DNA of 64,000 bases from Polyangia bacterium. GTDB taxonomy: Bacteria; Myxococcota_A; Polyangia; JAAYKL01. Below, in pieces: positions 62,791 through 64,000 of the stretch. The first letter of the stretch is position 1. Each line of letters starts with the position of its first letter. The notes under the pieces are model-generated. The model was not told where the DNA came from and did no database searches. It saw nothing but the letters and a program-made list of their open reading frames with translations. The position numbers and the translations under genes are program-made. The stretch covers positions 1-64,000 of the forward strand of contig JBNKCR010000012.1 in assembly GCA_050287845.1 (NCBI GenBank), given 5' to 3'.

Positions 62791-64000
62791 ATGTCAAAAT
62801 CCCTTTTAAATCCAAAGTCTGTGGCTATTATCGGGGCGTCCGCCAAGCCGGGAAAAGTGGGGTACGAAATTCTGTCCAATCTGGTAAAGGGGAAATTTCC
62901 CGGTCCCATCGTGCCGGTGAATCCCGGCGCAACTGAAATCTGCGGGGTGAAGTGTTACCCCAGGCTGAAGGAATACGGCGACAAGATTGAATTGGCGGTG
63001 ATTGTGGTGCCCCCGGCGGCGGTGTATGACGCTGTTCGGGACGCTATTTATCAGGGGGCCAAGGCGGTTATCGTGATCACCGCCGGCTTCCGGGAAGTGA
63101 ATGCGGAAGGTCTCGAAATGGAAAACCGCATCGCTGCGCTATGTGAAGAGCACCGGGTGAAATTGCTGGGCCCCAACTGTCTGGGCGTCATCAATCCCCA
63201 TCACAATCTCAACGCCTCGTTTGCCGCGCATATGCCGGACAAAGGAGGCATTTCATTCATCAGCCAGTCCGGCGCCCTCTGCACCGCCATATTGGACTGG
63301 GCCATGGCCCGTCATCTGGGATTGGCGCGTATGGTGAGCATGGGCAACAAGGCCGGACTGGATGAAAGTGACTTTCTGGGATATCTGGCAAACGACGATG
63401 AAACCAAAGTGATTGTGGGCTATCTGGAAAGCATTCAGGATGGCAAACTGTTCATGAAATCGGCCAGGAACGCGTCGTCAAAAAAACCCGTGGTGATATT
63501 CAAGTCCGGTGTGACCCAGGCAGGCGGAAAGGCCGCTTCGAGTCATACGGGCAGTCTGGCCGGAGCGGACATGGCGTACGGCGCCGCGTTTTCCCGATCG
63601 GGCGTGGTTCGCGCGGATACTTTCGAATCGATGTTTGATTACGCCATGGCCTTTGCCATGCAACCGCTGCCCAAGGGGGATCGGGTGGCAATTATTACCA
63701 ACGCCGGTGGGCCGGGGATCATGGCAGCGGACGCGGTGGAACTCTCCGGGATGCAGGTCAGTCCCCTCGAAAAAGCCCATGCCAGTTCTCTGGCTGCGAA
63801 ATTGCCCAAGGCCGCCAGTGTGTCCAACCCCATTGACGTGCTGGGCGATGCGGATCCCCAGCGCTACGTGGACGCGGTGGTGGCTGCGCAGCAGGATAGC
63901 TCCATCGATGCCATTATTGTGATTCTGACACCCCAGGCCATGAGCAATCCCGATCAGACCGCCATAGAAATTGCCCACTGCGCCACCTCTGCAAAACCCA
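62791..64000 (+). CDS. Acetate--CoA ligase (ADP-forming) family protein, 3' truncated by the window edge
   Basis: Not in the ORF track (no stop in window); RBS GAAGGAG; PKSVAIIGAS..GKVG, LGPNCLG, SQSGA, SSHTGSLAG, TNAGGPG, NPIDVLGDA. Confidence 0.92.
   Translation, partial: MSKSLLNPKSVAIIGASAKPGKVGYEILSNLVKGKFPGPIVPVNPGATEICGVKCYPRLKEYGDKIELAVIVVPPAAVYDAVRDAIYQGAKAVIVITAGFREVNAEGLEMENRIAALCEEHRVKLLGPNCLGVINPHHNLNASFAAHMPDKGGISFISQSGALCTAILDWAMARHLGLARMVSMGNKAGLDESDFLGYLANDDETKVIVGYLESIQDGKLFMKSARNASSKKPVVIFKSGVTQAGGKAASSHTGSLAGADMAYGAAFSRSGVVRADTFESMFDYAMAFAMQPLPKGDRVAIITNAGGPGIMAADAVELSGMQVSPLEKAHASSLAAKLPKAASVSNPIDVLGDADPQRYVDAVVAAQQDSSIDAIIVILTPQAMSNPDQTAIEIAHCATSAKP

Overview
A 64-kb chromosomal window from a Gram-negative bacterium whose gene families suggest a myxobacterial or deltaproteobacterial lineage (MXAN_5808-like S41 protease, AgmX/PglI-type domain, Myxococcus Cys-rich repeats, TPR-PEGA protein); the taxonomy is inferred. 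The left third is mostly housekeeping and envelope: tRNA-Leu(TAG), an S41 protease, a GSPII_N-REC-TPR regulator, an orphan and strongly diverged fliQ/fliR-like pair, bamA-skp, and gltB-gltD-glutamine synthetase III. The rest is a surface and secretome region. It encodes most of the window's ~12 predicted lipoproteins, most with acidic Asp-Thr/Asp-Ser tethers: two fibro-slime paralogs, a GH5, a GH43, two Cys-rich paralogs, a 2464-aa ZU5-EGF-LRR giant, a ZU5-CBM-Ig-LamG protein and a CotH kinase. It also holds two-component systems, a SNF2 helicase, an ABBA-prenyltransferase-like fusion, a pseudokinase, a TPR-PEGA/lipoprotein pair, an OprO/P-like porin, a Na+/solute symporter and a partial ADP-forming acetate-CoA ligase. 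I found no integrase, transposase, cas gene or true CRISPR array. The best candidates for undescribed biology are (i) the D-T/D-S-tethered surface lipoprotein set with possible export (TPR-PEGA) and modification (CotH/porin) partners, (ii) the degenerate ABBA prenyltransferase fusion, and (iii) the diverged stand-alone FliQ/FliR pair. All family calls come from motif recognition by eye; no database searches were run.
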